Shown here piece after piece: positions 1 through 9,755 of a stretch of 64,000 nucleotides of DNA (the first letter of the stretch is position 1; every line of letters starts with the position of its first letter). The position numbers and the translations under genes were made by a program. Where the stretch lies: IMG/VR virus record IMGVR_UViG_3300006753_004675, positions 5,887 through 69,886 of that record; one strand, written 5' to 3'. Source of the stretch: a virus. The notes under the pieces were generated by a model, which was given only the letters and a program-made list of their open reading frames with translations, was not told the origin of the DNA and ran no database searches.

Positions 1-1125
1 CACGATTTTAGAAAGGAAACATATCATCCATTTTTAAGAAGAATATGGGAAGAAAATCCAAAGCTTCTAGATATGAATGAGAAATATGGAAGAAGAAATA
101 TAGCTCTCACGACAACAGCACCGGCAGGGTCAGTTTCCGTATTGACGCAAACAACGTCTGGGATTGAGCCAGCTTATCTCTTGAAGTATACTAGAAGAAA
201 GAAGCTTACTGAAAGTGATGCAGGTGGCAGAGTAGATTTTATAGATGATGTTGGAGACCGGTGGCAGGAATATGATGTTTATCATCATGGATTTAAAAAA
301 TGGATGGACGCAACAGGAAAAACTGAGGTAGAAGATTCTCCCTATTGGAAGTCTACAACAGATGATATAGACTGGGTGTCTAAGGTTAAGCTGCAAGCAG
401 CAGCACAGAAGTGGGTCTGCCACGCAATATCAAATACAACAAATGTTCCTTCTGAGACATCTATTGACACAATTAAGGACATCTATATGCAAGGCTGGAG
501 GCTAGGATGCAAGGGAGTAACCGTCTATAGAGAGGGAAGCAGAACCGGAGTATTAGTCAGATCAGAAAAGAATGCCTTTAAAACTCATGATGCTCCTGTC
601 AGGCCTGGAGAATTGCCATGTCAAATCCATCATGCAACAATTAAAGGTGAGGCGTGGACAATTCTCGTAGGATTGATGGATGGTAGCCCCTATGAAGTGA
701 TGGGAGGCTTACAAAAATACATAGAGATCCCCAGGAAATATAGGAAAGGAACTATCATAAAACATCATTACAAGACCAAGAATTCTAGATATGATCTCCA
801 GATTGGAAAGAATGGTGAAGAGATTTTGATCAAGGACATAGTGTCAGTCTTTGATAATCCTAATCATGCTGGCTATACAAGGACGATATCCCTCGCCCTT
901 CGACATGGAGCGAGGATCAACTATGTGGTTGAACAGCTTCAAAAAGATGTAGAGATGGATATGTTTTCCTTCTCAAAGGTGATTGCTAGAGTTCTTAAAA
1001 ATTACATAAAAGATGGAACAGTCCCTGGAAAGACGTCATGTGGAAATTGTAGTGCAGAAGATACACTAAGATATCAGGAGGGCTGTGTAACATGCACAGC
1101 GTGTGGTTTTGGAAAGTGTGGATAA
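1..1125 (+). CDS. nrdJ: Class II (B12-dependent) ribonucleotide reductase, 5'-truncated by window edge
   Basis: Frame is open from base 1; TTAPAGSVS, TSGIEP, AISNTTN and GCKGVTVYREGSR motifs; C-terminal TSCPD-like domain and CxxC..CxxC zinc ribbon. Confidence 0.9.
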   Translation, partial: HDFRKETYHPFLRRIWEENPKLLDMNEKYGRRNIALTTTAPAGSVSVLTQTTSGIEPAYLLKYTRRKKLTESDAGGRVDFIDDVGDRWQEYDVYHHGFKKWMDATGKTEVEDSPYWKSTTDDIDWVSKVKLQAAAQKWVCHAISNTTNVPSETSIDTIKDIYMQGWRLGCKGVTVYREGSRTGVLVRSEKNAFKTHDAPVRPGELPCQIHHATIKGEAWTILVGLMDGSPYEVMGGLQKYIEIPRKYRKGTIIKHHYKTKNSRYDLQIGKNGEEILIKDIVSVFDNPNHAGYTRTISLALRHGARINYVVEQLQKDVEMDMFSFSKVIARVLKNYIKDGTVPGKTSCGNCSAEDTLRYQEGCVTCTACGFGKCG

Positions 1126-1148
1126 TACATAGATAAGGAGATAAAATA

Positions 1149-1250
1149 GTGTACTCAGATAAAGTTTTAGATCATTTTGAAAATCCAAGACACGAACGTG
1201 CGAGTGCGGCGAGTCTATTGCTTTCTAGGTGGTATAATGAAGTGGGTTAG
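1149..1250 (+). pseudogene. Remnant: IscU N-terminus joined to IscA/HesB C-terminus (deletion scar)
   Basis: AAGGAG RBS then GTG-YSDKVLDHFENPR (IscU start); another frame at 1193-1228 reads RTCECGESIAF* (IscA CxCGES end). Confidence 0.7.
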
Positions 1251-1839
1251 TAAAATATCTCCTCTTATTAAAGAGGTCGAATTAAGAAAGAATCCAGTTA
1301 TCATAACTGTTAATAAATTTGATGAAAAATCTGCAAAGGAATTTCAAGAGCACATTGCACTAGCTCATAATACGGGTCAGTCTGTAATTCCTGTCATTAT
1401 TGATTCATATGGAGGACAAGTTTATTCACTTATGTCCATGATAAGCGCAATCAATAATTCTGATATTCCTGTCGCCACAATTGTTGAAGGAAAGGCAATG
1501 TCTTGCGGAGCAATTTTATTTAGTTTTGGTAAACAGGGTCTTCGATTTATGGATCCAGACTCCACAGTAATGATTCATGATGTATCATCTATGGAGCGAG
1601 GAAAGGTAGAAGAGATAAAAGCCTCAGCTGAAGAAACAGAGAGATTAAATCAAAAAGTTTATACTATGATGGCTAGAAATTGTAGAAAAAGAGACAATTA
1701 TTTTTTAAAATTAGTTCATAAAAAGGGGCATGCTGACTGGTTTTTAGATGCAACAGAGTGTAAAAAGCATGGGTTGGCAAACCAGATTAGGGTTCCAAAA
1801 TTGAATATAAACATATCAGTAGATATAGACTTCGAATGA
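1237..1839 (+). CDS. clpP: ClpP-family serine protease
   Basis: IDSYGG, AMSCGA (catalytic Ser), MIHD (His), DWFLDA..GL; start moved to ATG 1237. Confidence 0.85.
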   Translation: MKWVSKISPLIKEVELRKNPVIITVNKFDEKSAKEFQEHIALAHNTGQSVIPVIIDSYGGQVYSLMSMISAINNSDIPVATIVEGKAMSCGAILFSFGKQGLRFMDPDSTVMIHDVSSMERGKVEEIKASAEETERLNQKVYTMMARNCRKRDNYFLKLVHKKGHADWFLDATECKKHGLANQIRVPKLNINISVDIDFE

Positions 1840-1852
1840 ATGGAGAGCATTA

Positions 1853-2812
1853 ATGGACAAGGATTTTTATAATAAATCAAGTGCAGATAGCCTTGGATGG
1901 GATCCTTCCTGGTTCGGCTGTGAAGAATTTGATTTTCTTTTGGTTAAAGCTGTTCAAAAATGGCAAAAAAATATGGGCCTTAAATCTGATGGATTGGTTG
2001 GTCCGGCTACATATCGCCGGGTATGGACAGAAAGAGAGACAAACATAACTGACTGGATGGACGCTCTTCCGCTTAAGAAGAGTTACAAGATGGGGGATAA
2101 GCATATAGTTCATAATGGCCATTTTATCCCTATCGAGTGGGATAAGGTTATTTTGTGGGATGAGTCGGGCGGATATAAATCGAAAGATGGGTGTTATACA
2201 AATTACGCAGGAAAGCCTGATAGAAAGCCCACGATGTTTGTAAATCACTGGGATGTCTGTCTAAGCGCAGGTTCCTGTGCCAAGGTCTTAAATAGGCGGG
2301 GAATATCTGTTCACTTTCTCATCGATAACGATGGGACAATTTTTCAAATGCTAGATACTCAGCACAAGGCATGGCATGCGGGAATTAGCAACGGTGTCGG
2401 AGGAAATGCAAAAGGTATTGGAGTAGAGATTTCTAATGCTTATTACACAAAATATCAAGACTGGTATGTTAAACACGGACATGGTGAACGACCTATTCAA
2501 GAGAACGGCCACATTCATGGAAGAAAACTCAAACCATTTTTAGATTTTTATCCAGTTCAGCTTGAAGCTTTAAGGTCTCTTTGGAAGGCAATTCATACTG
2601 GAATTGGAATTCCACTTGTGTGTCCATTAAATAGTGACGGAGAGCTGTGTACAACAGTTTACGATCAATGCGTAAAGGGTAAATATAATGGGTTTGTTAA
2701 TCACTATAATTTTGTTAAAACAAAAATTGATTGCGCCGGGCTAGATTTAAAGACTATGTTAGAAGATGTGAAAAAAACACTGGTTAATTATTGCCCAGAT
2801 AGGGAAAGATAA
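1853..2812 (+). CDS. Endolysin: peptidoglycan-binding domain + N-acetylmuramoyl-L-alanine amidase
   Basis: AVQKWQ..GLKSDGLVGPAT (PG_binding_1); SVHFLID.DG.I.Q, AWHAG, IGVEI, H...K.DC (Amidase_2). Confidence 0.85.
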   Translation: MDKDFYNKSSADSLGWDPSWFGCEEFDFLLVKAVQKWQKNMGLKSDGLVGPATYRRVWTERETNITDWMDALPLKKSYKMGDKHIVHNGHFIPIEWDKVILWDESGGYKSKDGCYTNYAGKPDRKPTMFVNHWDVCLSAGSCAKVLNRRGISVHFLIDNDGTIFQMLDTQHKAWHAGISNGVGGNAKGIGVEISNAYYTKYQDWYVKHGHGERPIQENGHIHGRKLKPFLDFYPVQLEALRSLWKAIHTGIGIPLVCPLNSDGELCTTVYDQCVKGKYNGFVNHYNFVKTKIDCAGLDLKTMLEDVKKTLVNYCPDRER

Positions 2813-2817
2813 AATAA

Positions 2818-4368
2818 ATGATAAGTGAAATAATTGAAGATGTCTTGACTGATGAAGCGGAGATTTTTTTACATGATCTTATAAGAGAATTTAGGGATCA
2901 ACTGGGTGACCTTTTACGCAGCAGGGATGGAAGACAAAATTTTTATGATGTAGGATATCTTCCGGACTTCTCACCTGATACAGCAGATACAAGAGACGAG
3001 AAGTGGAAAATATCTGAGATTCCTAGTTGCTTACTTGATAGAAGAGTTGAGATAACCGGTCCAACAGATAGAAAAATGGTTATAAATGCATTAAATTCTG
3101 GTGCAAATGTTTTTATGGCAGACTTCGAAGATTCACTTTCTCCAACGTGGGAAAATATCATAAATGGTCAGTTAAATTTGAAGGATGCTGTAAGAGAAAC
3201 AATATCTTATGAACATCCAACAAAGGGAACATATAGACTTAATTCAGATCATGCTGTTTTATTTGTCCGCCCTAGAGGGCTTCATTTAAAAGAATCTCAC
3301 TTTCTTGTAGACGGTAATCAAGTTCCAGCTTCACTTTTTGATTTTGGGCTATTTATGTTTCATAATGCTAAAATTCTTTTGGAAAGAAAAAGAGGTCCAT
3401 TTTTCTATCTTCCTAAACTAGAACATCATTCTGAAGCTGGGTGGTGGAATGACGTATTTAACTGGACACAGGATAGACTAAATATTCCTAGAAAATCAAT
3501 TAAGGCAACAGTTCTAATTGAAACTCTTCCTGCAGCATTTCAAATGGATGAGATTCTTTATGAGCTTAAAGATCACTCTGCGGGTCTTAACTGTGGAAGA
3601 TGGGATTATATTTTTAGCTTCATAAAAACAGTTAGAAATCATAACGAAAGAATCTTTCCTGATAGAGATCAGGTCACCATGACGTCTCACTGTATGAAAT
3701 CTTATTCTGAGCTTTTAGTTCATACATGTCACAAAAGGGGTGCACATGCTATGGGAGGAATGGCTGCGCAGATTCCAATTAAAAACGATGAAGATGGAAA
3801 TAGTGCAGCTATCAAAAAGGTTAGAGAGGACAAACTTAGGGAAGTTCTCTTAGGGCATGATGGAACATGGGTCGCTCACCCAGGACTAATACAGGTGGCA
3901 AAGGAAATTTTTGATTCGTATATGCCAAATTCAAATCAGATAAATAATTCAAAAGGACACAAGGCCTCTAGGGAAGATCTGCTTAGGGTGCCATTAGGAT
4001 CTATATCTGAGAAAGGTTTGTATCATAACCTAAGTGTTGGGATTCAATATATTGAATCTTGGCTAAGAGGAAATGGATGTGTTCCTCTTTATAATTTAAT
4101 GGAAGATGCAGCTACAGCAGAGATTTCAAGAACACAGGTGTGGCAATGGAGAAAACATAATTGCTCTGTAGAGTCTGGTGAGATAATAGATGTACACATG
4201 ATCAATAGAAAGATTTCAGAAGTCCTCGAGAACATAGAGAGAGAAGTTGGATCAGATAGATTTAATAGCGGAAAATTTGATGAATCTGTGAGTTTATTTA
4301 GAGAAATGGTATTTTTAGATGAATTACCTAAATTTTTAACAATAGATGCTTATGAACATATAAGGTGA
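2818..4368 (+). CDS. aceB: Malate synthase A
   Basis: DRRVEITGP, MADFEDS, LNCGRWDYIFS, GGMAAQIP, GHDGTWVAHPG, LMEDAATAEISR. Confidence 0.97.
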   Translation: MISEIIEDVLTDEAEIFLHDLIREFRDQLGDLLRSRDGRQNFYDVGYLPDFSPDTADTRDEKWKISEIPSCLLDRRVEITGPTDRKMVINALNSGANVFMADFEDSLSPTWENIINGQLNLKDAVRETISYEHPTKGTYRLNSDHAVLFVRPRGLHLKESHFLVDGNQVPASLFDFGLFMFHNAKILLERKRGPFFYLPKLEHHSEAGWWNDVFNWTQDRLNIPRKSIKATVLIETLPAAFQMDEILYELKDHSAGLNCGRWDYIFSFIKTVRNHNERIFPDRDQVTMTSHCMKSYSELLVHTCHKRGAHAMGGMAAQIPIKNDEDGNSAAIKKVREDKLREVLLGHDGTWVAHPGLIQVAKEIFDSYMPNSNQINNSKGHKASREDLLRVPLGSISEKGLYHNLSVGIQYIESWLRGNGCVPLYNLMEDAATAEISRTQVWQWRKHNCSVESGEIIDVHMINRKISEVLENIEREVGSDRFNSGKFDESVSLFREMVFLDELPKFLTIDAYEHIR

Positions 4369-4377
4369 GAAACTTTA

Positions 4378-5607
4378 ATGATGAATGATAAGAAAAACAC
4401 AATAAGAACGTGGAGTCAGTCAGATGTCGATAAGCTTAGGGGTAGAGTAAGAATAGAGTACTCTTTGGCAAAGGAGGGATCAGAAAAATTATGGGATCTT
4501 TTGCTTTCGAAAGAAAGTGTTTCTGCATTAGGAGCGCTGACTGGTAACCAGGCTGTTCAACAAGTTCGAGCTGGGCTTAAGGCTATTTATCTTTCTGGGT
4601 GGCAGGTCGCAGCAGATGCTAATCTGTCGGGTCATATGTATCCAGATCAGAGTTTATATCCTGCCAATAGTGTTCCAAGCGTGGTAAAGAGAATCAATCA
4701 GGCTCTTCAAAGGGCTGATCAGATTGAAAGCGTTGAAGGAGTTAGAAGCTGTGATTGGATGGTTCCAATTATAGCTGACGCAGAGGCTGGATTTGGAGGT
4801 CACTTAAACGCATATGAGTTAATGAAAGCAATGATAGAGTCAGGTGCCGCCGGAGTTCATTTTGAGGATCAGCTAAGCTCTGAAAAAAAGTGCGGCCATC
4901 TTGGAGGAAAAGTTCTTGTTCCGACATCTCAATTTATTAAAACTTTAAAAGCTGCCAGGCTCGCATCTGATGTCATGGGTGTTTCTACAGTGCTTATAGC
5001 TAGAACTGATGCAAATAGTGCTAAGCTTATGACATCTGATATAGACCCATATGATCATCAATTTATGTCAGGAGAAAGAACACGAGAGGGTTTCTATAGA
5101 ATTACTGGCGGAATAGATCAGGCTATATCTAGAGGTCTAGCATACGCTCCGTATGCTGATCTTCTTTGGTGTGAAACTTCCACACCAGATCTTGATGAAG
5201 CTAGAAAGTTTGCTAATGCTATTCATGAAAAATATCCTGGAAAACTACTTGCATATAATTGCTCTCCATCGTTTAACTGGAGAAAGAATCTTGACGAAGT
5301 TACTATATCAATATTTCAAGATGAGTTGAATAAGATGGGATATAAGTTTCAATTTGTAACACTCGCAGGGTTTCATTCCCTTAATCACTCTATGTTTGAA
5401 TTATCTAGAAAATATAAGGATTATGCGATGAGTGCATATGTAGAGCTCCAAGATAATGAGATGATGTCTGAGCACTTTGGGTATACAGCAACAAAGCACC
5501 AGAGAGAGGTTGGAACAGGATACTTTGATGCAGTTAGAGAGATAATTAGTGAAGGTGAATCTTCTACTTTAGCTTTAAACGAATCCACAGAAGAAGATCA
5601 GTTTTAA
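4378..5607 (+). CDS. aceA: Isocitrate lyase
   Basis: [32 protein letters not shown] catalytic motif, [21 protein letters not shown]. Confidence 0.97.
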   Translation: MMNDKKNTIRTWSQSDVDKLRGRVRIEYSLAKEGSEKLWDLLLSKESVSALGALTGNQAVQQVRAGLKAIYLSGWQVAADANLSGHMYPDQSLYPANSVPSVVKRINQALQRADQIESVEGVRSCDWMVPIIADAEAGFGGHLNAYELMKAMIESGAAGVHFEDQLSSEKKCGHLGGKVLVPTSQFIKTLKAARLASDVMGVSTVLIARTDANSAKLMTSDIDPYDHQFMSGERTREGFYRITGGIDQAISRGLAYAPYADLLWCETSTPDLDEARKFANAIHEKYPGKLLAYNCSPSFNWRKNLDEVTISIFQDELNKMGYKFQFVTLAGFHSLNHSMFELSRKYKDYAMSAYVELQDNEMMSEHFGYTATKHQREVGTGYFDAVREIISEGESSTLALNESTEEDQF

Positions 5608-5700
5608 TCTTTAGAAATTTTACAATCCTTATTATAGTTATAATAAGGGGACTATAGCATACTTAGGGCATTTAAACAGCAGCTAAGAAAAATAAAGATC

Positions 5701-6018
5701 GTGCATCTTTTATCGGGAATTCTAATAATGAATCTCATAGATGCCGTAGCAACAGCAATTTGGGTGTCGACTGGTATAGCTAGTGAGATCAACCCGCTTA
5801 TGGCTAGCCTTTTAGGGGTGGGGTCTTCATTCTTTATCATAGCTAAGCTAACGATTGTTTCACTGTGCGTTCTTTTAATATGGAGACTTAAAATGGCTAA
5901 GACAGCTAAGCTTTTTGTTCTGCCAGTCTTTATGGCTTATCTTTGTGTTGTTGCTATTCATATGTCAATTGGATTTGATTTATTTAAAAGCGAAATACCT
6001 ATTATTGAAGGAAGATAG
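5701..6018 (+). CDS. Membrane protein (DUF5658-like)
   Basis: NLIDAVAT..G.ASEINPLM motif; 3 hydrophobic segments. Confidence 0.6.
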   Translation: MHLLSGILIMNLIDAVATAIWVSTGIASEINPLMASLLGVGSSFFIIAKLTIVSLCVLLIWRLKMAKTAKLFVLPVFMAYLCVVAIHMSIGFDLFKSEIPIIEGR

Positions 6019-6022
6019 TAAT

Positions 6023-6409
6023 ATGATAGAGATGGACATTCTATTTTTAATTTCATTTTTATGTATTTTTTCGTGCATCTTTTTTACAATGGGAAGATTT
6101 ATCGAAAAGCCTCGCGCGATCAAAGATAGCAAGACAGATATAAAAGAATTGTCAATTATTAAGAGTAATTCAATAGATGTAGATTTTGTAGATGTAGAGT
6201 ATGAGGAAATTTATCCTGATGGGGTTGTTAATTTTCAAGAATTTAAGAAAAATAAACAAAAAGAAAAGAACGATGCAATTGATTCAGTAATCGGTTACGA
6301 GTGGATGTATTCTAAAAGAGATGAAACATACGTGAAAGTTCCTAGAGACATAGCGGACTTTATCAAGTACATCAAGGAAAATATAAATAATGAAAGACGT
6401 AACGGATGA
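6023..6409 (+). CDS. Hypothetical protein with N-terminal TM helix
   Basis: ORF tiles between neighbours; start set at ATG 6023. Confidence 0.55.
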   Translation: MIEMDILFLISFLCIFSCIFFTMGRFIEKPRAIKDSKTDIKELSIIKSNSIDVDFVDVEYEEIYPDGVVNFQEFKKNKQKEKNDAIDSVIGYEWMYSKRDETYVKVPRDIADFIKYIKENINNERRNG

Positions 6410-6677
6410 TCATTCTAGCGAACGTGTACAGCGGTTTTTGATAGGTTCATTATGTAAGGTCTTAATGGTCGCTATTGTTTGTTATAGCGTATCATATGTT
6501 ATTCTTAATAAAAAGATAGATCCACTAACCATAGAGTCATGTCAGTCTGCGTGTTTGTTTTCTATAGAGATTAAAAATGGAATGCTTGATTTTGGTGTAG
6601 TTAGAGAGGTCACACCAAATAGTTGTGTTTGCGGAGTTGAAAAATATGAAGATCTCTGGTTTAGAGACCTAAGATAG
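6390..6677 (+). CDS. Hypothetical membrane-anchored Cys-containing protein
   Basis: One TM segment, CxxxC and CxC. Confidence 0.5.
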   Translation: MKDVTDDHSSERVQRFLIGSLCKVLMVAIVCYSVSYVILNKKIDPLTIESCQSACLFSIEIKNGMLDFGVVREVTPNSCVCGVEKYEDLWFRDLR

Positions 6678-6682
6678 ACGAA

Positions 6683-6710
6683 TGTAAATTTCATTTTTAC
6701 AATGTATCCT
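6683..6710 (+). promoter_or_regulatory. TGTAAA-N16-TATCCT putative promoter
   Basis: Repeated intergenic motif; upstream of MBD4-like gene with GGAGG RBS. Confidence 0.55.
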
Positions 6711-6728
6711 TATTAAAATGGAGGATAG

Positions 6729-7154
6729 ATGAAATGGTCGCCGCCGAGATCACCGTTTAATTTAATTCAAGAGCATCTATGGCAAGATCCATGGAAAATA
6801 TTTGTCGCGTGTATATTTTGCAATCTTACTAGAAGGGTAGATGCAGAACCGTATATGTGGAAATTTTTTGAGAAATATCCAGATCCAGTATCTGCATCAA
6901 GTGCAGATCCTAGTGAAATAAGAGATATGATAAAGCCGTTAGGGCTATCAGAAAGACGATCTAAGTCTCTTATTAGAATGTCTGATGATTACATCAATAA
7001 GGATTGGAGATATAGTCCAGATGTTCTCTATGGGATCGGAAAGTATGGATCTGATGCCTATAGGATATTCTGCTTGGGAGAGTGGAGATCTGTTATGCCG
7101 TCTGATCATGCACTTAATGATTATCACGAATTTCTTAAGCGGGTGTTTTATTAG
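6729..7154 (+). CDS. MBD4-like HhH-GPD mismatch DNA glycosylase (catalytic domain only)
   Basis: KWSPPRSPFNLIQE..DPWK, KPLGL, GIGKYGSDAYRIFC, P.DHALN.Y; colinear with the eukaryotic MBD4 glycosylase domain. Confidence 0.85.
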   Translation: MKWSPPRSPFNLIQEHLWQDPWKIFVACIFCNLTRRVDAEPYMWKFFEKYPDPVSASSADPSEIRDMIKPLGLSERRSKSLIRMSDDYINKDWRYSPDVLYGIGKYGSDAYRIFCLGEWRSVMPSDHALNDYHEFLKRVFY

Positions 7155-7199
7155 CTTGATAATGTGTGCAGCTCTTAATAAATATAAGATGAGTATCAT

Positions 7200-8045
7200 A
7201 TGATTATCACAAAAAGAGCACTTAGATCTCTTATATCAGATATTGTATTGAGAGAATCCAAATATTTTGGAATGTCTATTTCAGACGTGCTATCATTTTT
7301 AGAAGGGTTTAGAGATAATACGTGGATTTTTTTCGATACAGAGACATTAGGGTTTAATCCAAAATATCAACAATTAACTGAAATAGGAGCTGTTGCTGTA
7401 AGCCCGGGAAATTGGAATACTGATCCTAAAATTCTTGGAACATTTAATGAGAAGGTAAAGCTGGAGCCTAAAAGTATTGAAAGACTATCCAAACATAAAG
7501 AGATGCCTCCTGAAGAGATAAAAGCTCGCCGCGGGAGGATGACTGCTCCTGAGATTCTTTCAATGACTCGCTATGGAGAAAGAGGGCGTGAGTATTTTGA
7601 AGAGCAGGATGTGATCGATGGATTCTTAGATTTCGTGGATTCATTTTCAAATCCCGTACTGGTGGCACAAAATGCATCGTTCGATATGAAGTTTGTAGCT
7701 GTTAGATCGGATAGACAACCAGATAGATATCCAGTAATAGATACTATGAGAATAATGCAATTATTTTTAATACCTCTTCTTAGAACACTAAAAGATCAGC
7801 ATGATGATCAGTCTGCAAGAGAGTTTTTAGAAAAGATTAAAAAGGGAAAATATTATTCTGCCTCTATGGGTGTCGTATCGTCTGCCTATGGAATATCTAC
7901 GGATGAGTGGCACAATGCTCTTGCAGATGTAAAGATGCTAATGAAATTATTGAGTCATGTTGTTAGAACATTGAGAGAAAATCCTGATATTGATATTAGA
8001 GATGAACATGCACGGGCTGCCTCTAGGCAAAAACGCAGGCGATGA
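7200..8045 (+). CDS. DEDDh 3'-5' exonuclease (DnaQ-like) with N-terminal amphipathic leader
   Basis: FDTETLG, AQNASFD, IDTM, HNALADV motifs. Confidence 0.85.
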   Translation: MIITKRALRSLISDIVLRESKYFGMSISDVLSFLEGFRDNTWIFFDTETLGFNPKYQQLTEIGAVAVSPGNWNTDPKILGTFNEKVKLEPKSIERLSKHKEMPPEEIKARRGRMTAPEILSMTRYGERGREYFEEQDVIDGFLDFVDSFSNPVLVAQNASFDMKFVAVRSDRQPDRYPVIDTMRIMQLFLIPLLRTLKDQHDDQSAREFLEKIKKGKYYSASMGVVSSAYGISTDEWHNALADVKMLMKLLSHVVRTLRENPDIDIRDEHARAASRQKRRR

Positions 8046-8705
8046 CTAGCCGTCGAATTTTTGTAATCTTGCTATGCCGTTTGAAACTGTAACATACGTT
8101 TGGTGTGTAACCCAATCTCCTGCGTTGATGTATGTCTTTATTTCTTGATCCTCGTTGATCCATATAATAGCTTCGGGTATGTGTGTGTGTCCCATAATAA
8201 AAACGTCAATCTTAGGGTGATGTCGTAAAATGTGGATGATGCTTCTTAGTTGGTGTTTTTTAATTTGCTTTTCTGTCCACCATGTCGTGAGATCAAAGTT
8301 AAATGTGAATTCCAGAATGCTCTGTATCACAGAGAGAATTTTAACAAATATTCTATTATGAAGAACACCTCTATCATATTCATCACCATGTTCGATTCTA
8401 AACTTTCTATCACCGTCTTCAAAATCATATCTTTTTAAAAACGTTACATTGAAGAATTTTTTTCCAACAAGCCCGACAAGGCTTTCATCATGGTTTCCTA
8501 CAACGTAGATGATATTCTTATCTACATCAATTGCATCAATAATCTCCATACATCTTTCTGTAAAGACGGGAATTTTTATGAAATCAATAATATCTCCAGC
8601 CAAAATGAGCTCATCATAAGACTCAGATTTTAGAAATTTTAATAGATCGTTTGATTTATAAAACTTACTACCAATATGCGTGTCAGATATTATGACTCTC
8701 TTCAT
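8046..8705 (-). CDS. LpxH/YbbF-like calcineurin metallophosphoesterase (UDP-2,3-diacylglucosamine hydrolase family)
   Basis: SDTH, GDIID, GNHD, EHGD, GHTH, YINAGDW motifs. Confidence 0.8.
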   Translation of the reverse strand: MKRVIISDTHIGSKFYKSNDLLKFLKSESYDELILAGDIIDFIKIPVFTERCMEIIDAIDVDKNIIYVVGNHDESLVGLVGKKFFNVTFLKRYDFEDGDRKFRIEHGDEYDRGVLHNRIFVKILSVIQSILEFTFNFDLTTWWTEKQIKKHQLRSIIHILRHHPKIDVFIMGHTHIPEAIIWINEDQEIKTYINAGDWVTHQTYVTVSNGIARLQKFDG

Positions 8706-8823
8706 TGAACATTTCTTCCTATATTATTATATTTTATATAGACAGGATGTTTTCCTGGTTTTAATAATAGGAATACAGCTTAGGATCTATTGTTTATAAT
8801 CAAGTGTAGATGTTGGAGAATAT

Positions 8824-9048
8824 ATGAAATCTTATAAACTATCAGATGAAGTCATTGCTCAAATTGCAAAACTAGTCCAGCTAGCAATAATAACTGGAAC
8901 AGATGTCGTTGACAACCTCAGAACGATTAGAGTAACAGAGTCAGAAAATAATAGTCAAAACTTAGCTTTGACACCCGAGTATAGAGAGGTTGGAGAAAAT
9001 CAACTTCAAGGTCTTTTAGAAAAAGCTGAGAATCTAGGAAAAAAATAG
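8824..9048 (+). CDS. Hypothetical protein
   Basis: GGAG RBS and TATAAT upstream; first gene of the nucleotide cluster. Confidence 0.6.
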   Translation: MKSYKLSDEVIAQIAKLVQLAIITGTDVVDNLRTIRVTESENNSQNLALTPEYREVGENQLQGLLEKAENLGKK

Positions 9049-9049
9049 A

Positions 9050-9514
9050 ATGGGAATCGCTGTCAAGGGAGAATCATTTATTAAAAACAGTGCTGTCGAA
9101 GAAGATAATAAATCTTTTTCTGGCTCCAGTGAAGAAGATAATGAAGACAGTCTAAGACATATGTTTGAGTTAAGAGAGTCATTTATGAATTCGCTTATTG
9201 AAAAATATCCGAATGATAACCTGGAATGGCCGGTTGATCTATCAAATAAAAATAGTCAGCAATATTGCAGAGATATAGCTCTAAGAGGCGTTGAAGAGAT
9301 GTTTGAGGCTCTTCAGCATCTTAAAAACTGGAAACCCCATAGATCAACAGAAAATATTGAATTTGACAAAGATGAGTTTTTAGAAGAAATTGTTGATGCA
9401 TTTAATTACTTTTTCTCTCTTATAATTCTTGCAGGATTTAATTCAACTGATCTTTATGAATCATATCTTAAAAAGGATGAAGTTATTCATGAAAGACTTA
9501 GGAACGGATATTAA
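9050..9514 (+). CDS. All-alpha NTP pyrophosphatase (dimeric dUTPase / T4 gp56 dCTPase-like)
   Basis: EEMFE..HLKNWKPH, EEIVDAFNY, Y.KK..VIH.RL..GY. Confidence 0.75.
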   Translation: MGIAVKGESFIKNSAVEEDNKSFSGSSEEDNEDSLRHMFELRESFMNSLIEKYPNDNLEWPVDLSNKNSQQYCRDIALRGVEEMFEALQHLKNWKPHRSTENIEFDKDEFLEEIVDAFNYFFSLIILAGFNSTDLYESYLKKDEVIHERLRNGY

Positions 9515-9755
9515 GCCAGGCTCCTTTTTTCATAAGGAATCTGATAAAGCTTTTACATTTGATTCTATTAAAGCGCTAATCGAGATCATAGAGTCTTTGA
9601 ACTTTGACAGTCATAGCGGAATAATAAGATTATCCATTTCATCTGGGTATATGGTTTTCAGTAACTGCGATACAGCGTCATTAATAGAGTCAATTAAAAA
9701 TTATAATAAAAATCAGCAAAGTGATGTTACAATTATTCATGATAAGAATAAATAA
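9489..9755 (+). CDS. Hypothetical protein
   Basis: Fills the gap between coupled genes; start uncertain. Confidence 0.45.
   Translation: MKDLGTDIKPGSFFHKESDKAFTFDSIKALIEIIESLNFDSHSGIIRLSISSGYMVFSNCDTASLIESIKNYNKNQQSDVTIIHDKNK

Noticed and set aside
1177-1236. Track N-terminal extensions (clpP from 1177, 52506, 56117, 61748)
   Set aside because: They run through the iscU/iscA scar, tRNA genes or promoters; downstream starts fit better
1237-1839. ClpP as the protease that cuts the LxE tags
   Set aside because: It is not next to head genes and nothing in the sequence indicates Glu specificity; a gp21-like protease elsewhere is more plausible
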